Source: Vicugna vicugna
Lineage: Eukaryota
Reading direction: 5' to 3'
Length of the DNA: 64,000 nucleotides
Assembly: GCA_013265495.1 (NCBI GenBank)
Contig: MU061579.1
Coordinates: forward strand, 1,671,319 to 1,735,318
Shown here: in pieces, positions 33,987 to 47,181 of the stretch
Layout: every line of letters starts with the position of its first letter
How positions within the stretch are numbered: the first letter of the stretch is position 1
Notes under the pieces: generated by a model
Seen by the model: only the letters and a program-made list of their open reading frames with translations
What the model was told of the DNA's origin: nothing
Databases searched by the model: none
Made by a program: the position numbers and the translations under genes

Positions 33987-36900
33987 TTTGCTGGACTAAT
34001 TGACATATATTTTCTTAACAAAGAACACCCACTGTAAGTGCACAGCAGTGATACGACTGTCCACTGCTATGCTTCCCTAAAGAGTCATAAAGAATGTGAA
34101 TGAATCTGCACTTAAGAGTGCAAGTTTTCAGTCTTTGATCTCAATTTCTCAGAGGCATTCCCTGCAGTTGCAGTCAGGGCCTTGGCCGTGTGGCCGTCTT
34201 TAAAACTGCATAGATCCAATCAGTGAGTTTATCGATGTTGAACAACAAGAACCTGTAAACAGAGACGGTTGAAGCTGTCAGTTTACTGATAAAATCTTGC
34301 ATGAGTAAGCAATTGAAAGTCTCCTGCAGTCAGCCTTGAAGAGCAATCTCTGGTAAAATGGCAGAACTTCTTAACCTTTTTCTCCCCGTTTTCAGCCCTA
34401 AAGAAGTCAAATACAATGCCTGGGTTTGATTCACTTCAGTTATTCACAAGAAATATCCGTGCACAAAATTTTGCAAATGATGACTCAGGATTAATATAAA
34501 TTAAACAGAAACAAAATATGAGGTCAGGCTACGGCCAAAGATGCTATTTTAGATACCGAAAGCTAAAATTTAATACAGAAATATCCTATCGTTTGTTTCT
34601 AAAGTTAGTAAATGGAAATAATTCACCTTATCCCACAGGAAAACCACAGCATTTAGATATGAAGATACAAAGATATCTGAACCCTTTTTAAGACTCGAAT
34701 AAGCTGAATCATCCATAGAAGCAAGTAACAATATTGCCAAGTACTACACTTCTTTCCATTAAAGGCTTTTTTTAATTTGCTCATGACAGGTAGCTGAAGT
34801 ATATTTTAAATTAGTGTGTTATTTTTTCTTTCTACTTTGTTGGTAGAGATTTCATATCCTTTCACTCATATCAATGTTTATTGAACATGCAAAAGCATTG
34901 CAGGGAAATGAGCAAACTGCATAAATGATGGTCATTTATTGAGATGGCCAAACTCCCTTAGCCAAGAACTTCCTTTAGCATAGTTTAATTTAGTATAGTT
35001 TAATTTTGTACAGAGAAACAAAGCTGACCTCATGCTTGCGTTTTAGGATTTGCACGTATAAAAGTTTAATAAAACAGCATAATCCTATTTGTATTATACT
35101 ATCACAGCCTTTCAAAAGTATATCTCAAAAAAGTAACTATTTTTATTATTAAGAGATGTCCCAACAAGATTGATAAAAAAATGACGTCTAGAACAGACTG
35201 TGAAATAAACATTTTAAGGAACAATTAGGCCCTTTGTCCCATTCAATTCCCTGTTGATTAATTTTAACTACCATTAATTGAATTTCTCTTCAGCATACTG
35301 GGTAGAAAATATCTTAAAATAAAGTCTTTTGTACAGACATTCTGTTTTCTATTTTTCCTGTTACAATGGCAGAGTAAAGAGACATTACATCCTGAGTGTT
35401 TGCTGGTGATTATTACAGTTACAGGAAAGTAGGTAAATGATAAAAATAAATAGCAGTAAATATTTGTTTAGTCAGTCTATGTTTAAGCAAAGAGTGTTGT
35501 CCAGATGTAATCAAAAGTCAATGGTTTAAAATCTTGGTTCTTCCTTCATTATTTATGTGTTCACGGAATATTTATTTGATCTTTCTAAACCTTGATGCTT
35601 TCACCTTGAAAAAAAAAAAGCTAAACTAAATTCTGGGGATAATAGAACCAGCGTTGGAGAATTAAGGAAAGAATTTATTTTAGGGCCTGACACACAACAG
35701 TTTGTCTACAAATCCTCCCTTCCTTCCCTTCTTTTTCTCTTTTGCTCCCTCTCTCCTTTCCTCCCTCCCTCTCTTTCCTGCTTTCTTCTAATTCCTTCCT
35801 GATTTTAATAATCTGATTTACTAGCCAGTAGGACCATTTTACCACCTCAGTAGATCTAGTCATCCACAATTATAGCCATCTTATTCTACATTACATTAAT
35901 GTGACAAGCACACATACAGATTACTTTTATCAAATATGTAATTTATTACAGTTTTGATTTTAAGTTAATTGGCCATTTAATTCAGATTGTCCATCATTTC
36001 TTAGAAGTCACTGAGTATTCTCCCCAACACTTAAATGAGATATGTAACCAATGGAATTTTTTCAACAGAATAGGGAAATTGAGTTTTAGAGTGTCATGCA
36101 ATACTTTTGTGGATATTTATTGATAGAATTTTGTAAGATCCTTGTTATGTAATGTATACAGTATACATAATTTTTTTTCACCTGTCAAAGAACTCCAGGC
36201 TTTGAAAAGAAATGTTCAAATGGATCATGTATTAAACTGCATTGGCTGCTTGATCCTTATGAGAGCATGTTAAGTCATTGCTGCTTATGGTAGTGGTTTT
36301 ACCAAAAAAAATCTGATAAATTTAATTGTGATAGGTAACAACTAATTGATAGATTATGTGTTATCATATAACATAGAATGAATAATGCAAAAAATTCAAT
36401 ATGACTACTTTTACTCTACTGAAGGGTTCATACTGACAACTACCTTCTACTTACACAATGGTTGCATTTAGTTAACTTGGAAAACATCATTTGGAAAACT
36501 CAAGGTCCTCGGGTGCCAGCACCTTTATGCACAATTCATTTTCATAATTCATGATTCAAAGAAAGTTGCTCCAAGTCGAGATGAGAGAATCTGTTAATCA
36601 AACTTGACAGAGAGCTAGAGGGAGGCATTGCTTCCAGGTACTTTTCTTTCTCCAAAGACACACAGGCATTTTGTGAACGAGATACTTCTGTTGTTTTTGT
36701 TTTCGAGTTAAGATTTTATTGCTGAATTCTAATCAAAATGCTTTATTCATTTTAAATTTGTACTGAATGAAGGGAAAGTCTGCACAAGATGGATTGGTTA
36801 GATTGAACCCTGTATTCTCTTTTGACAAGTGTATGTCCCTATACTTTTGCATATAGATCAAGAACAATACTTCAAGACATTCTCACCAACAGCACGCAGT

Positions 36901-37599
36901 TCTCCGATTTGGAGTGCCTTGTTTTGCTTTTAATTTGCATTTAGAGTGTATCTTATTCTAGCTGGGAAGTTGCAGTCTCACTTCAGTAAGTGGAATAGTG
37001 AAACTGCTTATACGTCTGAAATCGTTACATGTTGGTATTACTGTGTCTGTTGGGGAATGGGAAATAAGTAAGCTTAATAAATTGATTCAATTTTGAGTGT
37101 TTCTGAATTTAATGAAACTTAAATTGTACCAAATGATTCTCGACATTTTAATTAGAGGCTAATTTCAGGTCACTGAATTGTTTTACTTATATCAGGGCAT
37201 CACAGATAGGATAGAATGATATGTTGTAATGTTTTGGATACAGTTATTTTAGTTTTCACACTAGTTAAAAAGTTTTATCTCCATCTCCACCAAGGACAGA
37301 GGGACAAGAATCCAGTTGTTTAGAAAATGATACATTTGTTGACCATCTGCTCTCGTGCATAGAACTGCATGATCCTTTGCTTATAAAAAGGAATTATGCT
37401 CCTTTTTTTTTTCTGTGCAGATTAAGGACAAGTCAGTAGAGAAAAATATTAATGCAGACAATTAGAGGGCAAAAGCAATATGATTTGTTAATTACTACAA
37501 GAATGTAAAATAAAGGTGAAAAAGTACATCAGTGAAGGTTAACCTAAATCTTGAATTGCGAAACAAGCTATAACCATGTAATTAAGCTGAACTACTTAC

Positions 37600-38930
37600 A
37601 ATTGTTCAAATGCTTTGAATTTTTTTATCTCAAATCCATTGCTCAGAATGTTCTTCCCTGTGTCCTATTAGGTTGTTATTTATTTTGAAGGTTTTTCAGA
37701 ATTTCTCTGTGTTATCCGTCTGTAAGTCTCCTCTGAACTGCCCTCAGCAGAATTAAATGTTCCCTCCATTGTGCTCCATCAGAAGCTAGTACATAATTTT
37801 ATTATATAAAACTGTTCAGATACTTGTTTATCTCTTCAGTTTGACCTTAATCCCCTAGAAGCAAAGCTTTGTTCTGTTTTTTTCTGGATCTCCATTTCCC
37901 AGTGCATGCTCCCAGATTTTATTCCTCTACTCAAACCTTACTGTTGAATCTAGACGGGAAGTATCTTCTCTAGACATTCTTTGGGAGAACCTGTTTCTAT
38001 GACTTATAACTGCAGCCCAAGGCACCTCTCATTATACCTTCAACTCCAATCTGGTCACCTCCTCTAAAGTTTGACTTATATTCAACTATCTACCTGACAT
38101 CTCTGCTGGAGTGCCAAATAAATGTCTCTAACACGTTTTGTAAACTCATCTCACTTTTTCCATAAACCATGTCCCCTATCTGTTTTGCTGCTTAAGCTCA
38201 GATTTTAGGGGTCTTCCTTGATACTTCTCTATTCCTTGTTCTTCACGTAAAATATACCACCAATTCCTGATATTATACTTCCAAAAACCACCTTCTTGAT
38301 CTTCAGCATTATGGCCACCACCCAGCATCTTCTAATATCTTTCTCTCCTTTTTTCACTGAATCTCATTTGCACTGGACTCTGGTGTACTGAAGACTGTGA
38401 CTTTTACCCATCCCAGTACTTGTATGTGATGCTATTCTGTCAGAAAAACACGAATCTGAATTCTTGGGCAAGGCTATTTCCTTCTCTTCCCTCAGCTCTC
38501 AGGTTGCTTTGCTTCTCTAAGGACAATACTGGGCTGCCCATTCTATATTAGAATCCGCTACCCAGATTGTTTTCTTACAGAGCATTTGTCTCTTTCTTAG
38601 CACTTAAAATCTCATAATTTTGTATTCATGTCTGCCTTTATTATATAATATTCATTTCCCCATTATAATTTAAGAACCATGAAGACAGTAATCATATCAC
38701 CATTAGGTACCAAACATGCAGCACAAAGCCAAGCACATAAGAACACTATAAATATTTGTTAGATGAATGCCTAGATTGAGAAAGAATGAAGAGAAACACT
38801 ATAATCAGAAGAATAGAGGATGCCAGAATGCAAGCTCTGTGGAGGCCAGATTATTTTGCTTTAATCATTATATCCCTTTGTCTAAGGGCATTCTGACATG
38901 TTATATGTGGTTCAATATTTGTTGAATAAA
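37600..38930 (+). mobile_element. Cluster of L2 fragments
   Basis: L2 motifs (ATTCAACTATCTACCTGACATCTCTGCTGGAGTG) and repeated L2 3' ends (AAATATTTGTTAGATGAATG, ATATTTGTTGAATAAATG). Confidence 0.55.
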
Positions 38931-40384
38931 TGGAAGAATTTAGAAGACAATGCTTAAAGCCATTTTGAATGACAGCATCAATGTCAGGATACAGGTCCAA
39001 GAAAAATAAAATTAAATTCTTTCACATACTTGAGACACTTCAGTGTTTACAAAATTTCTGCTAAGTATATTCACTGCCTTATCAATCAGTGAATAAAAGG
39101 GGTAGGAGCAGTTTTTTGGGTCACTGTATACGATAATGTAATCAAGATAATGAAGAAGCAGAAATAACTTAAAAATCAAGGAACAAAGTAATAAATGGAC
39201 TATCAGAATGGCTTTCATGGAGAAGGGAAAAAAAACAAAAAGCACTTGTTTCAAACTTTGATCTGTAACAAAAGCAAAAACAAGAATTTCAAAAAAAATT
39301 GAGGTATACATTTGATATAAAACTTTCATAAAGATTGGTTTTCTGTCACTTCATACAATAGTTATCCAACTACAAAACTGTACAACAGTTTTTGCATTTA
39401 TTTCTTCTCAAAGTCTGTGCTGTAGGCTAACTTCTATCCCATTTCTGTTTCTTTTCACTCTCTCCATAAGACGACGGAAAAGACTTCTAAATAACCACCG
39501 CATTCAGTCAGTTCACAGTGGAGAAAACAAAAAAGTGCACAGCATAAGGAACTAAATCAGCATCTATACTTTGTGGTAACTTTCAGATGGTAAGCAACCC
39601 TCAATCTATTTTAGATTCTATTTTAGGAAAAATGAGAGGAGTAAATCTGATATAATTAAATGTCCCTCCAACTAACTTTCAGAAAGACACATAAATAGAT
39701 TTTTGAAAAAATTAACATAAAAGCATAATTTAAATTATAACTTTAAAAAGGCTAAATTTAATCCTAATTAAGCTACACATATCTTAGTATAATGTTCAGT
39801 GAGGATTTCATTAAATAAGTAATTTCTTCTAAGTCTTCTCAAAAAGCCAGGGCATTATATTGCTTTTCATATGTTTAATGATACTTGTTTTGTGGTGTAC
39901 TCTGACAGACACTTAAAAAAAATTCCCCTTATGGGCCCCAAGATCCCTGACATCACCAGGAAACGATTCATTTACAACTTGGGTAACAGACGAGCTTTGT
40001 AAGCAGTGATTTGAGGCTATTGTTAATAACAAGGTGCATGAAAGTTTCTTTATAAAACTAAAATTGTATAATAAGGGAGGCTTTATTATAGTAAATGGTA
40101 AATGTATTATATAAATTGTTTCTCGGAATCCCACAGTGGGGACCTGGGCCTATTGTTTCCCTTTAAATAACAGATACTTCCCTAAGTCGTTTGAAATCTG
40201 TTGCCTGTAAATTTTAAATAGGACAGCATTATTCTGTTATAATAGAGTAGTTTGAATTTAAGCACAACCATTCTGTTTCAATTATAAAAGTGTCATTGGG
40301 ATTTAATTACACAATTTGAAAGACTGAGAATAAAAACTACCTGCATGTTCCTGATCTGGGAGGGAGGGCCTGGCTCCTCTAGAC

Positions 40385-40629
40385 CAGGGTTTCTGGACTT
40401 TGGCATTACTGCCGTTTTGGATGGGATTGTGTTTGTGCGTGTGTGTGTGTGTGTGTGTGTGTGGTGGGGGAGGGGAGTGAGAAGGGATACTGACTTGTAC
40501 ATTTTAGGACATTTAGCAGCATCTTAGACTAGATCTCAGTAGCATTGCACCCCTAGTGCGGCAATCAGAAATCTTTCCAGATCTTACCAAATGTCCCATG
40601 GGAGACATACCCCAGGTAGAGACCTATTG
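40385..40629 (-). mobile_element. MER20 (hAT-Charlie) with an internal (TG)n expansion
   Basis: CAGGGTTTCT...TTGGCATTACTG, TTTAGCAGCATC and CCAAATGTCCC match the reverse complement of the recalled MER20 consensus. (TG)n at ~40438-40462. Confidence 0.8.
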
Positions 40630-43333
40630 CTTTAAAAAAAAAAAAAAATCCCTGAGCAACCCACCTAAAACCCACTTAAAAGCATAATCCTTCAGCCTCT
40701 CTTTCTTGGAAACCTGGTGGAAACAGATGATGCTTTCTCACCAGTGCCACAGCTGTCACCCATCCTGGACACCGCCGCCTTTGTCTGCAGTAGCAAAGCT
40801 GAGATATTGAGCTCAGGAACTCACTGCCAAGCAGTGACCAGTCTCTCCTCTCTACAAATATCATGGACTCAAGTCAGGAGACCTTTATCCTTTACCCTCT
40901 TCCTCCACCCTCTAAAGTAGATGGACGTAGTAACACATGTGCTTTATTCAATCCATGTTTTCTGTTAATAGCCACGTTAGAGAAATGAAGCTGCTCCTGT
41001 TGGTTCAAAACCTGATCCCCATCCATACATGGAGGGCAAAGAGAGACCAAGAAACAGGCAAGCCACTCCAGACTGGTAGGAGGCAGGTGTGATAACCAAG
41101 GGAAGTAAGTTACATACGAGGCTTGTCTGGGGCGGCTGCGAGACAAACAGATTTCTGAACCTGCCTGCCAGAATCTTAAAAGTTTATTTAGAGGCCTTAA
41201 CTGGATCCAGTCACATGTAGTTTCCAGATGGGCTCAGTGACACATTGCTCTCTCAAGGCTGTGTCCTTGAAAACAGCTCCAGCTGTGGGAGAGGTGGTCA
41301 GAAGGTACATCGCAAGGGCAGGCGAGGGCGTGAGGAGCCTCTGATTGGTGGGTCCAGCTCGTGAGTCAACTGAAGTCACATCCTCTCGGTGACGACCTCC
41401 AACAGCTCTTAGTTTCCTTTTTGAAGCTCAAGATCAATCTTTACCTACGCCTCTATTAAAGACCCGTGTGTGTTAATAAGCCAGGCCTGCTGACATTTTA
41501 TATCTGTTTAAAAGGCCGTGGTGAGGTGTCCTTCCATAGGCCAAATGATGCCTGCGGATTGTGATCACACATCACCATAGGTCCACAGTTTCTGCTCTGG
41601 AGAAAATAATAAGTGGGAACAGTGCAGAATCCCACCTTTAGATGAGCAGCCACCTTCAGATGTGGCTGACAGGGGACAAGGTCAACAAGCAGGCTAGTCC
41701 ACTCTCATCCATCCTCACTACTAAAGAAGCAACCACAACTCAGGGTCTTAGAATTTCTAGATGGGTGAAGGAAGCCACATTCTGGCTGGGGGGCATGAAC
41801 AGTGAAATTAATATCTAGATACCATTTGATATTTAATTTGTTAGGGAAAACGTATTGAAATAATTTTGTCTAACTCCTGTTGGTCAGTGTTGTATCAGTT
41901 ATTCTGTGTTGAATAAAAGAAACACCTGGAAACTTAACAACTTAAAAAGATAACCAGTACTTCTGCCAGTTCTCCAGGTCAAAGGAAGTCACAGGCAAGC
42001 TCAGATTCACAGGAGTGAGATGCAGATTCCACCTCTTGATAGGAAGTGCTATAAAATACGCTAGTCATGTTTTTGGTCATTTTCTTAGATGTTCTGAATT
42101 TCATTCATTTTGCAGTTAAAACAATTAAATGAGGTGTTTTGCAGAGTAAGAAAATACCCTTAATTTGAGCAGGAGCTATGAAATTTACGATACAGAGGTG
42201 CACATTGTTTATAAATGATTCTATTTGAAGAGCAGGCATGGTGCCAAAGCCAGGAAGAAGGTACTGCTTCTAGGGAAATTGACTGCAAGCCTTTTTTATA
42301 CTTATTTCTTTTTCTTCCTTTATTATCCCCACCCAAATTCTTGACACTTGAATGTCTTTGGGTGGTAGAACAGAAGTAGTATTTTTTTTAAATAAAATTG
42401 AATAAATATTTTACTATGTCCTCTTACACAGTTCTTTGTAATAGTCATCTATAGATTCATTTCCTTTTAGAGGAAACCATGATTCAATTAATACGCCCAG
42501 GATCTTTTTAAAAATGTTTTTGGTTCATATTCAGGTAACAGATGCTTAAGTCTGTGTAAACTACATAATTTTCTCTCTGCCATGCCAACAATTATAAGCA
42601 CTTTGCTTCTGGCTTATTTCCATAGCTTTTAAGATATAAAAAAATCTATATTATATCTTTTTATATATGGTGTGTGCATATTTGCAAACATACTCTTCAC
42701 ATGGAGATTTTGCTTGTAAGCTTAAAAATGACCAAAATATTTGTATAAAATTATAGACTTAGGAGTCCTAAAAAGTTTGCTATTCTATGATTATATATAT
42801 ATTACATATTGTTCTCTTGAAGAGATAAGATATATTTACAGAAGTACTATAAGACTGTAGATCAAAGAAGAAAGGCTTATGCCACAAAGAAACAAAGCAC
42901 AATAGGATAAAAGGACACGAAGAAGGGACATACGGAAGACTGAAGCCATGAAGAAAAAACAAGAAGAGTAGAAAAGAGGATGAGGAGGGGAGTGATATAG
43001 AGTAGTAAAAAAAAATAACAAAAAAAGCAATGTATTGTTTTCTTTCCTCTTTTTCATAATTTTGTGTGATTTTACTCTTTCCAGAGCAAGCCACACAGTA
43101 ACTGATACCCACATTCAATTGCTGAATCCTCAAGCATGTTCTGAAAGAAGCCATAGTTTAAACTGTGGGGGACAACAGCATGATTCTGTGGACTTGAGCT
43201 CAGGTCTGGTCCTAACCCGACATTTACCATCTGAGATGAGTTAGGGAAGCCTCCCTGATGCTCATTTTCTTCAAGAGGAAACTGAACAGGGTAATAGCTC
43301 CCTGTTAGTGTCAGTATAAAATTTGAATTTCTT

Positions 43334-43487
43334 TTTTTTTTTTGAACTCAATCTTTTTTGAGGGGAGTGGGGGCTGAGGTAATTTGGTTGGGTTATTTAT
43401 TTATTTAATGGAGGTTCTGGGGATTGAACCCAGGACCTCGTGCATGCTGAGCACACACTCTACCACTGAGCTCTACCCTCCATTCTC
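43334..43487 (-). mobile_element. tRNA-derived SINE (camelid Vic-1-like), inserted in a MIR remnant
   Basis: GGGGATTGAACCCAGGACCTCGTGCATGCTGAGCACACACTCTACCACTGAGCT (reverse B and A boxes) with a poly-T tail. TSD AAATTTGAATTTCTT (43319-43333) / AAATCTGAATTTCTT (43488-43502). Confidence 0.92.
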
Positions 43488-44329
43488 AAATCTGAATTTC
43501 TTGAAAAATTAAAATACGTACAGAACAGTATAATGGTCCAATAAATGGTAGATGTTTTACAAATATACACCAACATATTTTTGAGGAACCACTTTCTATT
43601 CTGTTTCTGGTATACATGAAATTTTTGTATTTGTAGCAAATAAAATATATGTAGATACTTGAGAAGTCAACCTCTCAGTTGTTTTCTTTGAGCAAACAGG
43701 GCAAGACTGTTTAAAACTTCAGGGATGCCAATAAATTTCAGTTTCATCTTGCTGATACTTATGTTTTTTGACAAAATCAAGAGTTCAAGAAATGTTAGTG
43801 TAAAGTTGATTCACCAGTACTTAAATACTTAAAAAGTACTTTTTTCCTCTTGTTCATCTGGATTGGAACCATCTCCTTTCCACTCCTTTATCTCAAAGCC
43901 TTCATAATTCAGTTCTCACATTGATTCCTTTGGATATCTTTCTCTGACCTCATCAAGTACGTAGTGTCCTATCCCTGTGTCCAGACAGCTTGTTCATAAG
44001 ACACACAATGTTGGAGTAGTGTGTGTGTGTTTATGTAAGTGAGGGTGTGTATGTAAATTGTTTTAGAAATTATCTAATAGATAATATCACTGCCTTAGAG
44101 AAAATGCTCTACTGGACATCAGTTACAAGTAGAAGAAAACCTAAGACATTTTCATGGCTAACTTAAGCCCATATTATTCCTTCTCACTCACACCATAAAG
44201 CCTGTCATGGTTTTCTTCAATCCCACTAACATTTTCTCTTCTTTTTCTCTCTTCCTTTCTTCCTCTCTCTCTCCCTCTTCCTTCATTCCTTTTCTTATTC
44301 AATTCTTTGGAAACCTCAAGCCACTATCC

Positions 44330-44680
44330 TCTTTGGAAATTAAGCCTGACACTTTCTTTCCCAATATCCTGTCATTGCTGAGTGTCCATGAGTCACACCC
44401 CAGCTTGAAATGTAACTCCCTAAGAGAAGCCATTTGGAACACTTGCTCTACAGTAGCCATGAAAACGTCCTCACTCTATACCTCTGCCCCCTTATTTCTT
44501 CTTTACTTTTTTTTTTTTTTTGCGTTCTGAAATTACTTTACTCATTTTATTTCATTTAGAGTATCTCTGCCAGTTAGAATGTAAGTTCTTAGAACGCAAA
44601 AATTCCACAGCCCTTTAGTATAGAGAAAATGCTTGATGAATACATAATATATATATTTGAATGACTAAACTTTTAATCAA
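44330..44680 (+). mobile_element. L2 3' fragment
   Basis: TTAGAATGTAAGTTCTTAGA...ATATTTGAATGA terminus pattern. Confidence 0.5.
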
Positions 44681-46789
44681 TAGATGAACAAATATATTCA
44701 TGTGGGCTGGAGAGGGGACAGGGAGACACACTCTGACTTGCTTCATTCATAATTTTTTCTTAAAGAATGGGTGAGTTGTTTATCTCCTGGAACACATCTA
44801 AGTCAGTGTTACACTCCTGTGTGTGCGTGGGAAGGAAGTTTATTATCACTTCACTGAATGGCTCACTCGAGTCTCCTTTTATCCTGAAAATGTTTAGATA
44901 GCTGCTGTGCTACAGAGAGAACGCGATAGAGAAAACTGCCCACCACTTGGTTTATTGCCTTCCAACTCCGTTATATTTTTCAATTTAAATCTGAGAGATA
45001 ATCAATACACTGGGATGCGTTCCAGATGTGTTTTTAAGACCATAAAGTGTAAATGTGATATGACCTGAGGTTGGGGGAAAAAAAAACAAAAACAAAAAAC
45101 CTGTGTAGGGAGGTGTCAGTGAATTTCAGTGGCATCACTGAGCAGAAGTAGCAAGGAGGATTTTGAAAGTGGAGAATGCAGCTTTTTCCTCGGGGCGTTC
45201 TAAGCTTTAGGCAGTTTCTGCTTTTTTTCTCTTCCAAAAATATTAAAGGATCTTACCAATGTTATTCATCATTCTTAGAGTAATTTTATTTTCCTTATTT
45301 ACCATGGCTGATTCTACTAGAACCTGAGCTAACCCACTACAAGGCAATCATTCTGAACAGAGACACAGTAAATTACCACAAGGTATGGGTCAAAGCAGTT
45401 TTGAAAAAAAGTATCTATTTTATTTGGGAAACACCTCAAAGCCAAATTGGATTAATTTTCTTCAGGAAACAGAAAGTGTTATTTTAGTTACCTGCTTAGA
45501 CATCAGCCAAATAATGAAATTATAGATAGATATATACGTGTATGTATATAAAGTCCTACTCTTCTTTTCTTCAAATTTCCTAGACTTTCTATGAAGTCTT
45601 TTCTATCAGCTTCATTATATTCTCCCTTTTATGCACTTATCTATAAATGAAGTGTTATTAGGAAATTACCAAATGCCAGGCACTGATCTGTAATGGTGAA
45701 TTCGCAGGTCCCTAGCCTCACAGAGCTTAATTTCTATTGGAAATTATCAGCTGGCTTTTAAGAGCACTCCTGACATTCCAGCATTCTTTCTTGGTGCTTT
45801 GGTGGGTATTATGTTGATATCATTCCTCATTTGAAAGACAAAGGGATTAAGCCTCAGAGCCTGTAAATCACCTTTTCAAGATCATCAAACTGGTAAGTGT
45901 TAAAAATGAGATTTAACCCCATCCAGGCTGCCCACGCCCAGTGCCTAGCTGCCAAGCTGTTTCTCCTTTTTAGCCTGGACTTGCTCTTCTAATACATACT
46001 ATCTATGCTACTCACATGCTTCCTTGTGTTTTTAAATAAATTTAATATTTTAATGGTGAGAACAATAAGTAACACAGAAATTTGGAAAATGGAAAAAAAT
46101 ACTCGTATTAACACCATGTTATAACTATTATTCTCTAAATATTCTCATATGTTTTAATCTATAAACACTCGGAATCATAGGACATGAGCAATCTCACCTC
46201 CTGCCTTTTCCATTTTATTATAATTTTTCTATTACGTTACATGTAATTCACATACATTTTATTATAATTTTCCCACAATGCCACAGAGAGCTCATAGTCA
46301 TTATTTTTAGAGGCTGCTTAAATGCCTATTGGGTCGATAGAGCATAATGTAATTAATCCCTCATTGGTAGATGGTTTACTTCATTGGAGGGAAGAACCCC
46401 ATGATTTAATCACATAAAATGGCCTTTGGAACTTCAATTCAAATTAAATTAAACATGTACAATTGTTTGACAACTTTATGGTAGCTAGCCTTCCAGGTAC
46501 TATGGTCTGTCTCCAAAAATGTACCTCAACAAATATTTCTTGTAGCCTACCTTTCACTACTCCCTGTGATAGGTCTTAAGGATGTTGAATTGGTGGGAAA
46601 CAGTCTAAATTCAAGAAGCTTCTAATCCAGTCAGAGGTGACAGAAATCCAAAACAGTATGAGCTAGAACATATAAAAATGCACCAAGTCTAGTAATGTGG
46701 TGTTGATGAAAATGGATGGCATAGAAAGGGCTTCTGGAAAAGGGGACATTCACACAGAAATCTGAAAGTGGCAGAAATTGGTTGCTTAG

Positions 46790-47181
46790 TATGGTTCATT
46801 TGCTGCTTAGGCTGCTCTAACAAGATACCACAGATTGGGTCGCTTAACCAACAGGCACACTGATTTTCCTGCAGTTATGGAGGATGGCAGTCTGATAGCT
46901 AGTTGCCAACAGGTTGGGCTCTGGTGGACCTCTCTTTCTGCCTTGTAGAAGACAACCTTCTCTCTGTGTCCTCACATGTCCTCTTTTTCGTGTGTGCATG
47001 GAGAGAGAGACCCGGTATCTTTTCCTCTTTTGATAAAGACACAAGTCCTGTGGGATTAGGGTCCTACCCTAGTGACTTAATTACCTCATAAATGTTTTAT
47101 CTACGGCCACAATCACGTTGCAGGTTAGGACATCATATGACATCATATGAATTTTAGAAAGACACAATTCAGTCTATAACA
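46790..47181 (-). mobile_element. MaLR LTR (MLT1A/B-like)
   Basis: AGGCTGCTCTAACAAGATACCACAGATTGGGT..., CTCTCTGTGTCCTCACATG, and the end GACACAATTCAGTCTATAACA. Confidence 0.85.
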
